Source: Rebecca billardiae RCC1528
Lineage: Eukaryota; Protista; Haptophyta
Length of the DNA stretch: 64,000 nt
NCBI GenBank assembly: GCA_965240325.2
Contig: OZ251254.1
Location: forward strand, 744,001 to 808,000
Direction of reading: 5' to 3'
The notes beneath the pieces were generated by a model. That model was not told the DNA's origin. It saw nothing but the letters and a program-made list of their open reading frames with translations, and did not search any database. Position numbers and translations under genes: made by a program. Positions within the stretch are counted from its first letter, which is position 1. Every line of letters starts with the position of its first letter. Positions 1 to 12,438 of this stretch are shown here, in pieces.

Positions 1-461
1 AGGGCGGCTCCGCCGCCGCGCCCTCACTCCACCTCACCCTCGCCATCGCCACCGACGCGTTCCACGTGCCGTGGGCGCTCGGCGCGAGCGCCGCGCCGAG
101 CGTGCCGGCGCACGACTTCCTGGCGCGCGCGCTCGCGCAGGCCGTGTCGGCGCGCGCCGAGGCCTCGCTGGACGCGCGCCGCACGGTGCGCGTGGGCGGC
201 GAGCCGCGCGCCGCGTGGGTTGAGCGCGTGCGCGCCGAGCTGCACGCGGCCGTCGACGAGCTGCTCGGCCCCGACGAGCGCGGCCTCTTCCTGCCGCAGC
301 TTGAGGACAGGCTGGACGCGGTGCTGCAGGTGGGCACGCTCGACCTGCTGCCGCCCCCCGGCGCGGAGCGCGCTGAGTTTGAATACTTGCCCGCCCAGGG
401 TCACGGCGCATGCGCGGAGGCGCGCGCTGATGAGCCTGACTCTGATGCTGTCGGCAGATGA
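1..461 (+). CDS. 3' end of a hypothetical protein (runs off the left edge)
   Basis: Open frame with GC3-rich codons (...WVERVRAELHAAVDELLG...LEDRLDAVLQVG...) ending at TGA 459-461; no recognisable motif. Confidence 0.5.
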   Translation, partial: GGSAAAPSLHLTLAIATDAFHVPWALGASAAPSVPAHDFLARALAQAVSARAEASLDARRTVRVGGEPRAAWVERVRAELHAAVDELLGPDERGLFLPQLEDRLDAVLQVGTLDLLPPPGAERAEFEYLPAQGHGACAEARADEPDSDAVGR

Positions 462-650
462 CGACGCGCCGCGTCGCGCGAGACGCCGCCCCGCGGCGGG
501 CTCCAGCAGTCCCCCAGCGTGGCGGCCGAAGGCCTGGCGCTGTATATATAGTGCGTGCATGCGCGTGACCACTGAAGTCTGAACCAGTCGCGGATACTTA
601 TATTACTTTGTCGGCGCCGCCTGCCCGCCAGCAGTCGCGCGCGCGAGCTA

Positions 651-1584
651 CATAGGGCGGGTCGTCTCAACAATTAATAATCGTCACATCATTCTGACGA
701 CGACTGAGCTGCACGCCACTGCTCACCCTGCCCCCCTGGGCTGATCCAGGCGGCCCCCACGACCTGTGCACGACGGTTTCACGACGACCCGCAGCGGCGT
801 CAGCAGCCCCAGCGCGTGTCAGGGCTGGACGGGCAGTTCGGGGCGGCAGCACTCCCGCAGCAGCGCAATAAGCCTGAGGGCGTATCATAGCAGCCTGTCG
901 CCTGTCGCAGCGCTGGCCAGATCCTGCTGCCGCATGCAGGCTTGTCGTCGTCATCACTGGTCGCGGGCCGTGTGCCCACACAGATCGATCAGGCGCGGCC
1001 TAAGCTATATAAATAGTGCGTGCGCTGCTTGGCAGTGGATCTGGTAACTCCCCTAGGGAGGGCTGCCATGCCACCTGGGGCGGGGCCAGCTCTGAGTGAG
1101 CTCATAGCAGGATGCAGCTGCTGTGGCACAGTGATGCCCATCCCGCCGACCCGCGCCCCCACCGCTGCGCAAGGTCACCTCGGTCGCGGGTCAGCTCCCC
1201 TGCACTGGGAGGCCAGCCCGCAGCAGCACCCGCTGACACACCCCGAGGGTGGCCAGCCACCCGACTAGTGAGGGGGCTGGAGTGGGGCTGGTGCAGCCAA
1301 GAGCTCTGCAGCCTAGCTGCTGGTGGCTGGCCTGCATGGATTTTCAAGCTGACCACCCACTGCTGCCTGCCGCACCCCTTGCTGCAGGCCACCTGGGCTG
1401 CTGCACATGCGCACTCTGGATGGCACCACGGCCCAGCATGGAGAGCTGGCCAAGCAGCCACCCACTCGTCAGAATGGCCAGGGAGTGGGCTGTGCTTGAG
1501 ACCACATCTAGCCAGGCAATCAAGTGCTCACATGCCTGTCCAGTGGCACAAACAGAGATACAGCGCTAATTGTTGAGACCCCTG
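651..1584. mobile_element. Degenerate non-autonomous Tc1/mariner-like TIR element
   Basis: 13-bp perfect inverted repeat GTCTCAACAATTA (664-676 / 1567-1579). Right end reads TA|CAGGGGTCTCAACAATTA on the minus strand; left end TA|CATAGGGCGGGTC-GTCTCAACAATTA; TA on both flanks. Confidence 0.55.
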
Positions 1585-2352
1585 TAGTAGTAGCGGCCGT
1601 GCGCGTAACTGATGGCGCGGCGGATATTAATATCGACGATCACCGCTGAGCTCGCAGTCCGGCGCGGCGGCGGTGACCCTGAATGTCCGGCCGTACGTCC
1701 GCCGAGTATATAGTCCGCGGCGGGCGCGCGCGCATCTGCCGCCGATCCGCGCGCGATCATATAGCAGATATATATATATATATCTATCTATATCCGGACG
1801 ACGATCGATCCCGCGGTAACGTGCAGCGTCCTGGGCTAGCGCCGCGTGCAGTAGTTGATTAGCGCGTAGTAGTCGCGTCCGTATATTCAGCGCCATCACG
1901 CGCTTTGACTCGCTGATACTATACGACTAGCGTATTCGCTAGCTAGCACTACCGCCAGCCGCGCAATTGTACTGATGCTTATTGTAGCGCAGTCTAGTAG
2001 TTACGTCGATTACGTCGTCGTCGGCCGCGGGTCCCGGCTCCGGATCTATACTGTCGTAATAATACCGTCTCAGATGCGCCGGCTGTACAGTACGACAGTC
2101 ACGTCCCGGGTAGGCCGCGGGTACGCGGAGAGTATCGCGGCTGTCCGGTCCCGATGAGTTCACCGAACCGCGTGCTGCCGCGCGGCTGCTCAGAACTCAG
2201 AAGCATGCGCCGAGCAGTCATCTCCATGATGGCGGCAGCGGCGCCGCTAGGCGCTACTCCGCGCTCGGCCGTGCGCCGGCCGGCCCGCGGGCGCCCGCCT
2301 GACCGCGCTGCTGCTCGGCTACCGATACTGCTGTGATATCAGCATCGCGATG

Positions 2353-2380
<28 letters not shown>
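2353..2380. repeat. (TA)n microsatellite, left flank of the 2381-4559 element
   Basis: Pure AT dinucleotide run. Confidence 0.95.
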
Positions 2381-4691
<2,311 letters not shown>

Positions 4692-4763
4692 TGCGATCAA
4701 CGACGTCGTCGCGTATAGTTATAGCCCGTGCGGCGGCGCATATCAGCCACGTACTAGCTACTG

Positions 4764-6218
4764 CTACGGCGCTGCCCCCGGCCCTGCCGTCGGCAGCCCG
4801 CGCCGGGCTGACACGGGCCGGCGGCCCGGCGGAAGCGGGCCGCGCCTGTCTCGGGGGCGAGGCCGCGCGGCGCCGGGCATCCCGCGCAGCGCGTGGTACA
4901 GCGGGGTGAAGAAGGTGTTGTCGTAGAAGACGGGCGTGTAGCAGAAGTGCGCGCAGTCGCAGCAGCCCTGCCGCAGCACGAGCGGCGCGCCCCTGGGCCG
5001 CGCGCGCGTCTCGCCGCGCTCGCGCCGCAGCCGGTACGCGCAGAGCTCGGCCTGGTGCATGTCGAAGCGGCGGAGCGTCGCGTTGAAGAAGGGGAGGACG
5101 CGCACGTGCCGCGCGCGCCGCTCGCGTACCAGCCGGTGCAGCGCCTCCGTCGCCCGCGCGGCCGGGCTCTCGCCGACCGTCGCCGGGTCGGGCGGCGCGC
5201 AGCACCGCTTGGGCAGCCCGGACGGCCCGTGCGCCGCCGCGACGTCCTCCCAGCCGGCGGCGGCGGCGGCACCGCCGGGCGCGGCGCCGTCGGGCGGGGC
5301 GGGGCGGACGGTGATGTTCCACACCCGCTTGAACGCGCGGTAGTACTCCATCTTCGTGAACGCCAGCGCGTGCGGCTCGCGCACGAGCGCGAGCCTGCGC
5401 GTCGGCTGCGCCTCCGCCCACGCCTGCAGCCTGTCGACCACCAGCCCCATTTCATACTCGTACCACGGGACGATCTGGGCGTAGTGCATCGGGTTGTACG
5501 CGACGACGACGACGTCCGTGCCGCCGAGCATCCGCTCGAACGCCCGCCCCTTCGCCGCGCACCCGCTCTCGCGCACGCGCGCGAACAGCGCCTCCTTGTC
5601 CTTGGGCGCGCGCTCGCCGTCCGCCCCGTCGCAGCCGCCGTTGTCGGCGGAAAAGCGCGCCCAGCCCCAGTGCCGCCACTGCCGCGTGCTGAGCGGGCCG
5701 GGCGGCGCGGTGCGCGCGCGCGCGCACGCGATCGCGCCGGACAGCTGCCGCGCCACCGACGCGCCGACCACCGTCACCACGCGCGACGGCCCGAGCAGAG
5801 GCGCCACGTCCTCGAGCGTGTGTGTCCCGGCCGTGCGCGGCTCGAACGGGTCGACCGTCGGCCAGTCGGCGTCGCGCGTGCGCAGCCGGCACTGCTCGAG
5901 GGCGCGGCGCGAGGCGTGGGTGCTCGGCACCGCGCCAGCCGCCGCGAAGTCGCGCGCGAGCCCGAAGAAGGACGCGGAGATGCACGGCGGGCCGCCGTCC
6001 GCGGGCGCGCAGTGCACCGCCACCTCGCTGAGCGCGTCCAGCTGCGCGCGCAGCGAGAGGCCGGCCTCGGCGGCGCAGCGCGCGCGGGCGGCCCTCACCG
6101 CGGGCAGGGCTGCGACCTCGGCGCCGGCGTCCGAGTCGACGGCCGACGCCACGCCGGCGCGAGCGGCGGCGACGGCCAGCAAAGCCGTCCGCATGAAGCG
6201 CCGCGCCGCCGCCGCCAT
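4764..6218 (-). CDS. PC-esterase / trichome-birefringence-like (SGNH-fold) acyl-esterase or O-acetyltransferase
   Basis: N-terminal hydrophobic leader ([16 protein letters not shown]; alternative ATG 6194); [13 protein letters not shown] matches the GDS block (D to A, Ser kept); C-terminal DCAHFC matches DCxHWC. Confidence 0.75.
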   Translation of the reverse strand: MAAAARRFMRTALLAVAAARAGVASAVDSDAGAEVAALPAVRAARARCAAEAGLSLRAQLDALSEVAVHCAPADGGPPCISASFFGLARDFAAAGAVPSTHASRRALEQCRLRTRDADWPTVDPFEPRTAGTHTLEDVAPLLGPSRVVTVVGASVARQLSGAIACARARTAPPGPLSTRQWRHWGWARFSADNGGCDGADGERAPKDKEALFARVRESGCAAKGRAFERMLGGTDVVVVAYNPMHYAQIVPWYEYEMGLVVDRLQAWAEAQPTRRLALVREPHALAFTKMEYYRAFKRVWNITVRPAPPDGAAPGGAAAAAGWEDVAAAHGPSGLPKRCCAPPDPATVGESPAARATEALHRLVRERRARHVRVLPFFNATLRRFDMHQAELCAYRLRRERGETRARPRGAPLVLRQGCCDCAHFCYTPVFYDNTFFTPLYHALRGMPGAARPRPRDRRGPLPPGRRPVSARRGLPTAGPGAAP

Positions 6219-6223
6219 CGCTA

Positions 6224-8468
6224 CTCGGGCCGGGGGTTTGGCGGTAGCGAAATTTGTAACTTTAACAAACTGTTTCAGCTTCGTCGGCGTGCGCTATTTT
6301 GAGCGCGCGCCTATGAAGGCAGCTGCTATTCAAAGGCGAGTCGCCTATGAAGCCGGCTCCTATGTGTCAATACCTTACGGGTACTTGGGAGCGGGCGCTC
6401 ATATGGCTCACCAGGCCGCGAGGCTGCGCCATGCCGCCCATCTGCACGTCGCCGAATCGGCCGCAAATCGGATGCGAGCGGCGAGGCGGAGGACGGCAAA
6501 CATTCGCCATGAGCGTGGTGTCGATCCTTGTTGCGTGCGCCACCGTCGTGCTTGCTCCCGCCGCCGGGAAGCAGGCGCGCAAGCTGCCGTCCACGCAGGA
6601 GGACAATTCCAATCGTTCAGCGCGTGCGCCGAGCTGTCGATCCAAGTACATGGCGGGTGGGCGACCCTCTCGCCGTTCGTGGACGCTGCCATACCGTACT
6701 GCGCGAACTCTTGCTGCTACCTGCTCGGCCCAGCTGGCACGAAGGTGGGGCGCGAGGCGTTCTACTGGCAGATGTCTGGCAGTAGACACCCTGACCTCGC
6801 AGCTGATGCTTCCCTCAGTGTGCTGTCCCAGTTGACAGACATGTCGTGGCTTGCGTCTCGGGGACAGGCATTCATCTCCAGTAGCGCTTCGCCGAGCTAC
6901 GCCCTGCGCAAGCCGCCTCAGTGAGCGCCGCTCTGAAAGCCTCACCGACCTCTGCGTTCTGTCGCGTAGTGATCTCAAGCGTGCGATGCGGTTGAGCTGC
7001 TTGCGCACGGCGTGTAGCTCGAGCTCGCGCGGGGCTTGGCGAAGCACACGTACGTGCGGAGAGCCGCACTGCTCTCGGCCTACGCCGCGCTCGTCCGCGC
7101 GATGGGCGCGGGCACGCTCACCGGTCAGCGCGCGCGCATGAGCTGCGTGCGCTGATCGCCGGTGAGCTCAGAGCTGCGCGCGCTGCCGGCAGTCATCCCT
7201 GAGAGTGCTGCGCGGCGAGCGGCGGGCGAGGCGCCAGCGGCAAATCTCGCACTCGTCGACTTGGCGTTCATCATGCTGCCCCCGCTGCCGCCCGACGCGA
7301 TTGGCCTGCAGCTGAGGTCGCCAGGGCGACGCTGCGCCCGCTCCTAGGCGCAACCGCGGCGGCTGAGGACGAGTCCGGAGTCGACGGGATGCAGTATGAC
7401 TATGAGTAGTCGCTGACCGTTGACGATGATGCTACGCGTACTACTATACTGACGATTTTGACGCACTGCTGGCCTCGGCGGCCATCAGCTGAGCCTGCGC
7501 GTGAGACTTGTTTCGCCCACTGCTGCCATCCGCCGCCGGATATGTGACTACGTGTGAGCCGAAGATTAGCACTTGAGCTGGGCGCCAGCCCGATCGAGAG
7601 CAGCCTGAGCCTGAGGCCGGGCCCGGACGGGCGGACAGTCTGACCAGCTGCAGACGACTCGACGATCAGCTGCTGACAGATGATCACGGCGACATGATGA
7701 CGATGGGCGCAGTCGCGAAAGGCCCACCTGTCACAGCCTACTGCAGGATGCGCAAAGGGGTGGTCAGCATTAGATATCTGCTAAGGTGACAGGAGCTGTA
7801 GCCGCGGGCCGCAGCGCGGCGCGCAGCGCGCATGCATGCACGCGCGCCTGACAGATGCTCCGGGCACGAATGATTGCCCTCAGCTCGACCCAGACGAGTT
7901 GAAGCATGGCAGAGTGGTGCCGTGCACACGTTCACATCGATGGCCTTGCGACCATACAGTCTTGCCATGTACGCCCGCGAGGTCAAACCACAGCTGTGGC
8001 TTTGGATCAGGTCCGCCGAGCACCACCGCGGTACAGGCCCAAGCCTTGGCAGTGCGAGCAGTCCTCTTGAGTTCGGCGAACTGGAAAGCCTGCATCACCT
8101 GGCCCACAGTGCGCAGCATCGCGAAGCTGTGGGCCAGATTGATCCCCGCGCGAACAAGACCAAGGGCAATGCTCACTACGTGTGAGCAGGTGCTGATTCT
8201 CCTACGGCACCCGCTCGGGAACTTGTGCCCCGGTCTCGACATCCGGGTATCGCCCGGATCATGGGCCGGCGCATTGACCGCCGCGCCGCCCGTCCCATCA
8301 ACGCAACAATCGCAGCTGCGGCCTGCTTGCACCTCCGGTCCCGCGTCCTCCCCCGGCGCGGCCATCACCGTCGTGCGGCTGGATCGCGTCCGCCACAGTC
8401 GCGCGATTTTCCGAAAAAGCGGCCGCCGATTTTTCGGAAAATCCGTACCACCAAACCCCCGGCCCGAG
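6224..8468. mobile_element. 2.2-kb non-autonomous TIR DNA transposon with TA flanks (Tc1/mariner-like)
   Basis: TIR CTCGGGCCGGGGGTTTGG(C/T)GGTA at 6224 and reverse-complemented ending at 8468; TA on both sides; no transposase recognised inside. Confidence 0.8.
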
Positions 8469-9147
8469 TAGGTACTGCATTCGTGTGGCCGTGGCGGCCG
8501 AAAGTCCGAAACTGTTGATTTGCCCACAGTCAGTTAAGACCATTATCAGTTGCCATTCCCGCGTGCGCACACGGGCCCCCTCCTCGGGCGGAGCACGAGC
8601 GCGCCGCGCCGCTGGCGACAGCACGCGCCGCGCCGGTGCACCGGCGCGCGTAATCGAGCAGCGCGCTCCGTCGAGCACTCTCGCGACGAAGCAGCCGCCC
8701 GTGCAGCAGCCGGCGCGCGGCGCAGCGGGCTGGCCGATGGCGGCGGCGGCCGCATGCATGAACCTCGGCCCGGCCATCGGGAATAAACCCGTGCTCACCG
8801 CCCGGACCACGATGACGATGCAAACCCATGGAACAGTGAGTGACAGAGCATCATCAATACGGGCCTGATGATATTGGCTGACGATTGGTGCCTACAGTTT
8901 ACTGCTATACGTGTCTATAAGACGAATAATAATAATATTATAAGACGGGCTACGCACTCCGACCGCGACTCACAGACAGTAGTCACTACAGTAGTGACTG
9001 TGAGTCTGACAGTACGGTCACAGTCACTGACACAGCTCACTCTGCTCCGAGGCAGGCGAGACAGTAGGTAAGCTAGGAGTAGGATCGCGCCGCCGTCATG
9101 CAGTCGGCAGCCGCCTGCATGCCGGGCTCGTCGTAGGCGCGGCCTCG

Positions 9148-10647
9148 TCACGCCTGAGACTCGCACCCGCCTCGTCCGCGTCTGCTGCTGCTGGCGCGCT
9201 CCGCCCATCGCGACAGAGCAGGGCCACCGAAGCGGCGCTCGCACGCGCGCGCGATCGCCAGCCTCGCGTTGCGCACGCCGTCCTTGGCCTTGCTCACGAA
9301 CGCGTCCGCGCCCATCGCCGTGAACGCGCGCCGGTCGAGCGTCGACTCGTTGGCGGAGACGACGCACGCGACCAAATTGGCCTCCGCCTCTGGCACGGTC
9401 GCGCGCACGTGCTGGATCACCTGCGCGCCCGTCGGCACGCCGACGCCGAGATCGTAATCTGAGAAGAGGACCACAGGGCCGGCGCGCACGAGCTCGGCGA
9501 GGGAAAAGGCGTACGCGCGCAGCGTGCGCAGGGCCTCGGGGTCATCGTCGCGCGTCTCCACGGGCGGGATCATCGTCGGCTGCACCCCGGCCTCGCACAG
9601 CTGCGCCAGCACGCGCGCGCGCACGATCGCGCGCGTGACGCGCGAGTCGTCGACGATCACGACTGCGGCCTCGAGAGGGAGCCTGAACCCGTCGAGGCTC
9701 GCGGGGTCGATCGTGCACGGCTGCGCGAGCGGGAGCGTCAGCGTGGCGAGGACGCGCGTGCGCGTCGGAAGTGCCGGCGGCTCGGCGCCTGCGCTCCCCT
9801 TCGCGCTGTCGCCGCCGCCGTCGAGGCGAGCGACGTGGGGCAGCACCATCGGCCGCAGCAGGCACCTGTGGACGGCGTCCGGAGAGCCAACCACTGAGGC
9901 CGCAGCCGAGCTGGCGGCCGTGTCAAGCGCTCGCCAGTGAACTTGCGCGCCGAGGGCATGGGCGCATGCGTCAAGAAGCTCCTCGTAAGCTGCCGGAGCG
10001 TAGACGCTCCCTGGCGGCGGCAATGGTGCGCGCGCCTCCGGCTCCGCCGCGGGCGCCGCGTCCGCCGCCGCCTCGGCGACGCTCGCGCACAGCGTGAGAA
10101 CGCGCCGCTCGAGCTGCACGCTCAGCGCGGGGGTGGAGCGCTCGGGGGAGGACATGGACGCGAGGCTGGAGAGCGCTTTCGTGGCCATGCCGACCAGCAT
10201 CACGTCGACCTCCACCGTCTCGTCCTGTGGCGCGCCGGCCGGGCGCTCGACTCGCACGCCCGGCACCGCCGCGCAGATCGAGTCGATCAGCTTGCTCGTC
10301 TCGAGGCCTATGAGCTGCGGCTCGTAGTCGCGCTGGAGAACAGCGCTGGTCGCGATGGCTACCCGCAGGTGCTCGACGGCATCCCAGAGCTCACTCGATA
10401 CGCTCGCGAGCACATGGCCGATCGACGCCGCGGCTGGCTGCTCTGCGCGCTCCGCGAGCGGCGAGGGGCTGAGCCCGTCGACAAGCGCCGCGGCCCGCAC
10501 GATCGGGTTGTACACGGAGTCCTGCAGCGAGAGCAGAGCGGCGGAGCCATGGCTCGCGGCATGCGCGGGCGGTTCCCGCAGACTCGCCGTCGTGTCTCCG
10601 CTTGGCGAGGACGTTTGGACGGCGTCGTTGTCGCCTCCGTCCGACAT
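9148..10647 (-). CDS. Receiver-domain protein with degenerate histidine-kinase-like N-terminal region
   Basis: Receiver motifs: VVIVDDS, phospho-acceptor-like LFSDYDLG..PTG, CVVSAN, GADAFVSK. Upstream LQDSVYNPI resembles a HisKA H-box (HELRNPL) without the His. Confidence 0.7.
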   Translation of the reverse strand: MSDGGDNDAVQTSSPSGDTTASLREPPAHAASHGSAALLSLQDSVYNPIVRAAALVDGLSPSPLAERAEQPAAASIGHVLASVSSELWDAVEHLRVAIATSAVLQRDYEPQLIGLETSKLIDSICAAVPGVRVERPAGAPQDETVEVDVMLVGMATKALSSLASMSSPERSTPALSVQLERRVLTLCASVAEAAADAAPAAEPEARAPLPPPGSVYAPAAYEELLDACAHALGAQVHWRALDTAASSAAASVVGSPDAVHRCLLRPMVLPHVARLDGGGDSAKGSAGAEPPALPTRTRVLATLTLPLAQPCTIDPASLDGFRLPLEAAVVIVDDSRVTRAIVRARVLAQLCEAGVQPTMIPPVETRDDDPEALRTLRAYAFSLAELVRAGPVVLFSDYDLGVGVPTGAQVIQHVRATVPEAEANLVACVVSANESTLDRRAFTAMGADAFVSKAKDGVRNARLAIARACERRFGGPALSRWAERASSSRRGRGGCESQA

Positions 10648-11274
10648 GATGTGGTGCGGTCCTCGTTTCGACGAACAAGGCGCGTGGTGGCCAGGGTCAG
10701 GGACGCACTCGCAGGCTTGGTGGGGCAATTAAGTTATAGTTCTTGGTGGAGGCGTGCGATACGATACCGTTAATACCGATACGTATCTGTTCGGGTTTTT
10801 GTTGCTGTTCGGTATTCATACATTCGAGTTCCTTCTCCAGGGAAAATAAGCGGGTAGACTGAAGCAGATTGCTGAGTGATTGAGTGATGAGGGCACGATG
10901 TCATCCGGCATCAATCATCCCAATACAATCCGCCTGGCGATTGGTTGATGATGGAATCATTTTTTTCACAAACGGTTCCATATGGGTAACATCAGAGTAA
11001 CGACCACATGTACCGCCGCTATCGATAGTCACACATACAAGAAACCTGGGCCAATGAAACTGAGCCAAAACCTGAAAACCTGAGAGTTGAATATATATAT
11101 TAACGACGTGGTATGCAACGGGCAGGCGTCAGATGACGAAAGGGCACGATCCCATGATGCCATTAATAATGTAGGCGTTCGTCATCAGGGGAAACGTCAA
11201 ACGTGGACACCACCTTTGCCCTTTGCTTGCCCTTTCCTTGGTCCGACTTCCGGCTCTCACACTCCCAACATCGT

Positions 11275-12012
11275 ATGACAAGCGCACACCTCGACAAGGC
11301 GCGCGACGAGGCGCCGAAGAGGCGCTGGCGTCCAGGGCCGGCTCATCGTGCCGTTCTCGAGGCTGTGTTCGCCCACTGCCGTATGCCCAGCGCCTTTGTC
11401 ATCGAGGAGCTCGCCAACTCGCTGCGCGTGCAGCCGCGGCAGGTGCGCATCTGGTTTCAGAACAAGCGGCATCGGCAGCGCAGCAAGCACGACCGGGAGG
11501 CGCTGCCTTCGCCCATGCGGCACGAGCAGACAGCGGAGGAGCTGATCTTGCGCCTGCGCTGTTCCACGCGCGTGGCGCTCTTCGGGCCGCACGGCGCGTG
11601 CTTGCCGCCCTCGCAGCATGCCGAGCTGGCCGTGTCTCCTCCTCCGCCTCCCGCCCTGCCGCATATGCGGCAGCACAACCACCACGGTGGGAAGTCGTCC
11701 AACCCGCACGCACTTCTCGCGCTGTGGGCAGCCGGGCAGTTGCCAGGCGCCGCGCACCCACCACCGTCTCTGGTGCCCGCTGGCATCCCTGTCGAGACCG
11801 CTACTGTCTCGTGGCCACCGGCGGCAGAGGAGGCAGCGCGGGCCGCGCCGCCGCCTGCGGCGGCAGGACCGGCTTCGGCGGCCCCGTCCTGGCAGCAGGC
11901 ACCGCCGCCGCCGTCACCGCCGGGCTTCACGGCGCTGCTTCAGCGCGAGCTGCAACGATCGATCGAGGAGAACTACGCCGCGATAATGGAGCAGGTGCGG
12001 GCTTCTGTCTAA
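11275..12012 (+). CDS. Homeobox transcription factor
   Basis: KRRWRP...LEAVF...P...EELANSL...RQVRIWFQNKRHRQRSK: homeodomain with WFQNKR helix 3 (Q50); Pro/Ala-rich tail. Confidence 0.92.
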   Translation: MTSAHLDKARDEAPKRRWRPGPAHRAVLEAVFAHCRMPSAFVIEELANSLRVQPRQVRIWFQNKRHRQRSKHDREALPSPMRHEQTAEELILRLRCSTRVALFGPHGACLPPSQHAELAVSPPPPPALPHMRQHNHHGGKSSNPHALLALWAAGQLPGAAHPPPSLVPAGIPVETATVSWPPAAEEAARAAPPPAAAGPASAAPSWQQAPPPPSPPGFTALLQRELQRSIEENYAAIMEQVRASV

Positions 12013-12438
12013 GGGGCGCCCGCCTCTGCACACTCAGTAACCGCGCCTCGCCGGCGGCGTGCCGCGGACCGCGGTCCGTGCGGACTGTGGGTCGTCACGG
12101 CGGTGGCGCCGGCGGCTCGGGTACGGACTATATATACGGTCTGTTGCTCCGAGTACGTCGTCTGATGACTACAGTCGATTAGATCGCGCGGAACCGGTAC
12201 GGACTGTAGTAGATAGTGCACGGCCACCGGCGGACCCGATGCCACCCGCGCGTGAAACTGAAAGCCGCGTGACTATCTGTCATCTGACGCTCGCGGCGGA
12301 TGATCTTCATCTGCTCCACTACGCACGGGACGCGTGGACGGGCGGGGCCAGTGCTGCCGCGTTGCACAGCGGTGCCACCCAGTGCACGAGCGCCAGGCGG
12401 CAAGCAGCATCGACGCGAGAACGCGTCGTCGCCACTCG

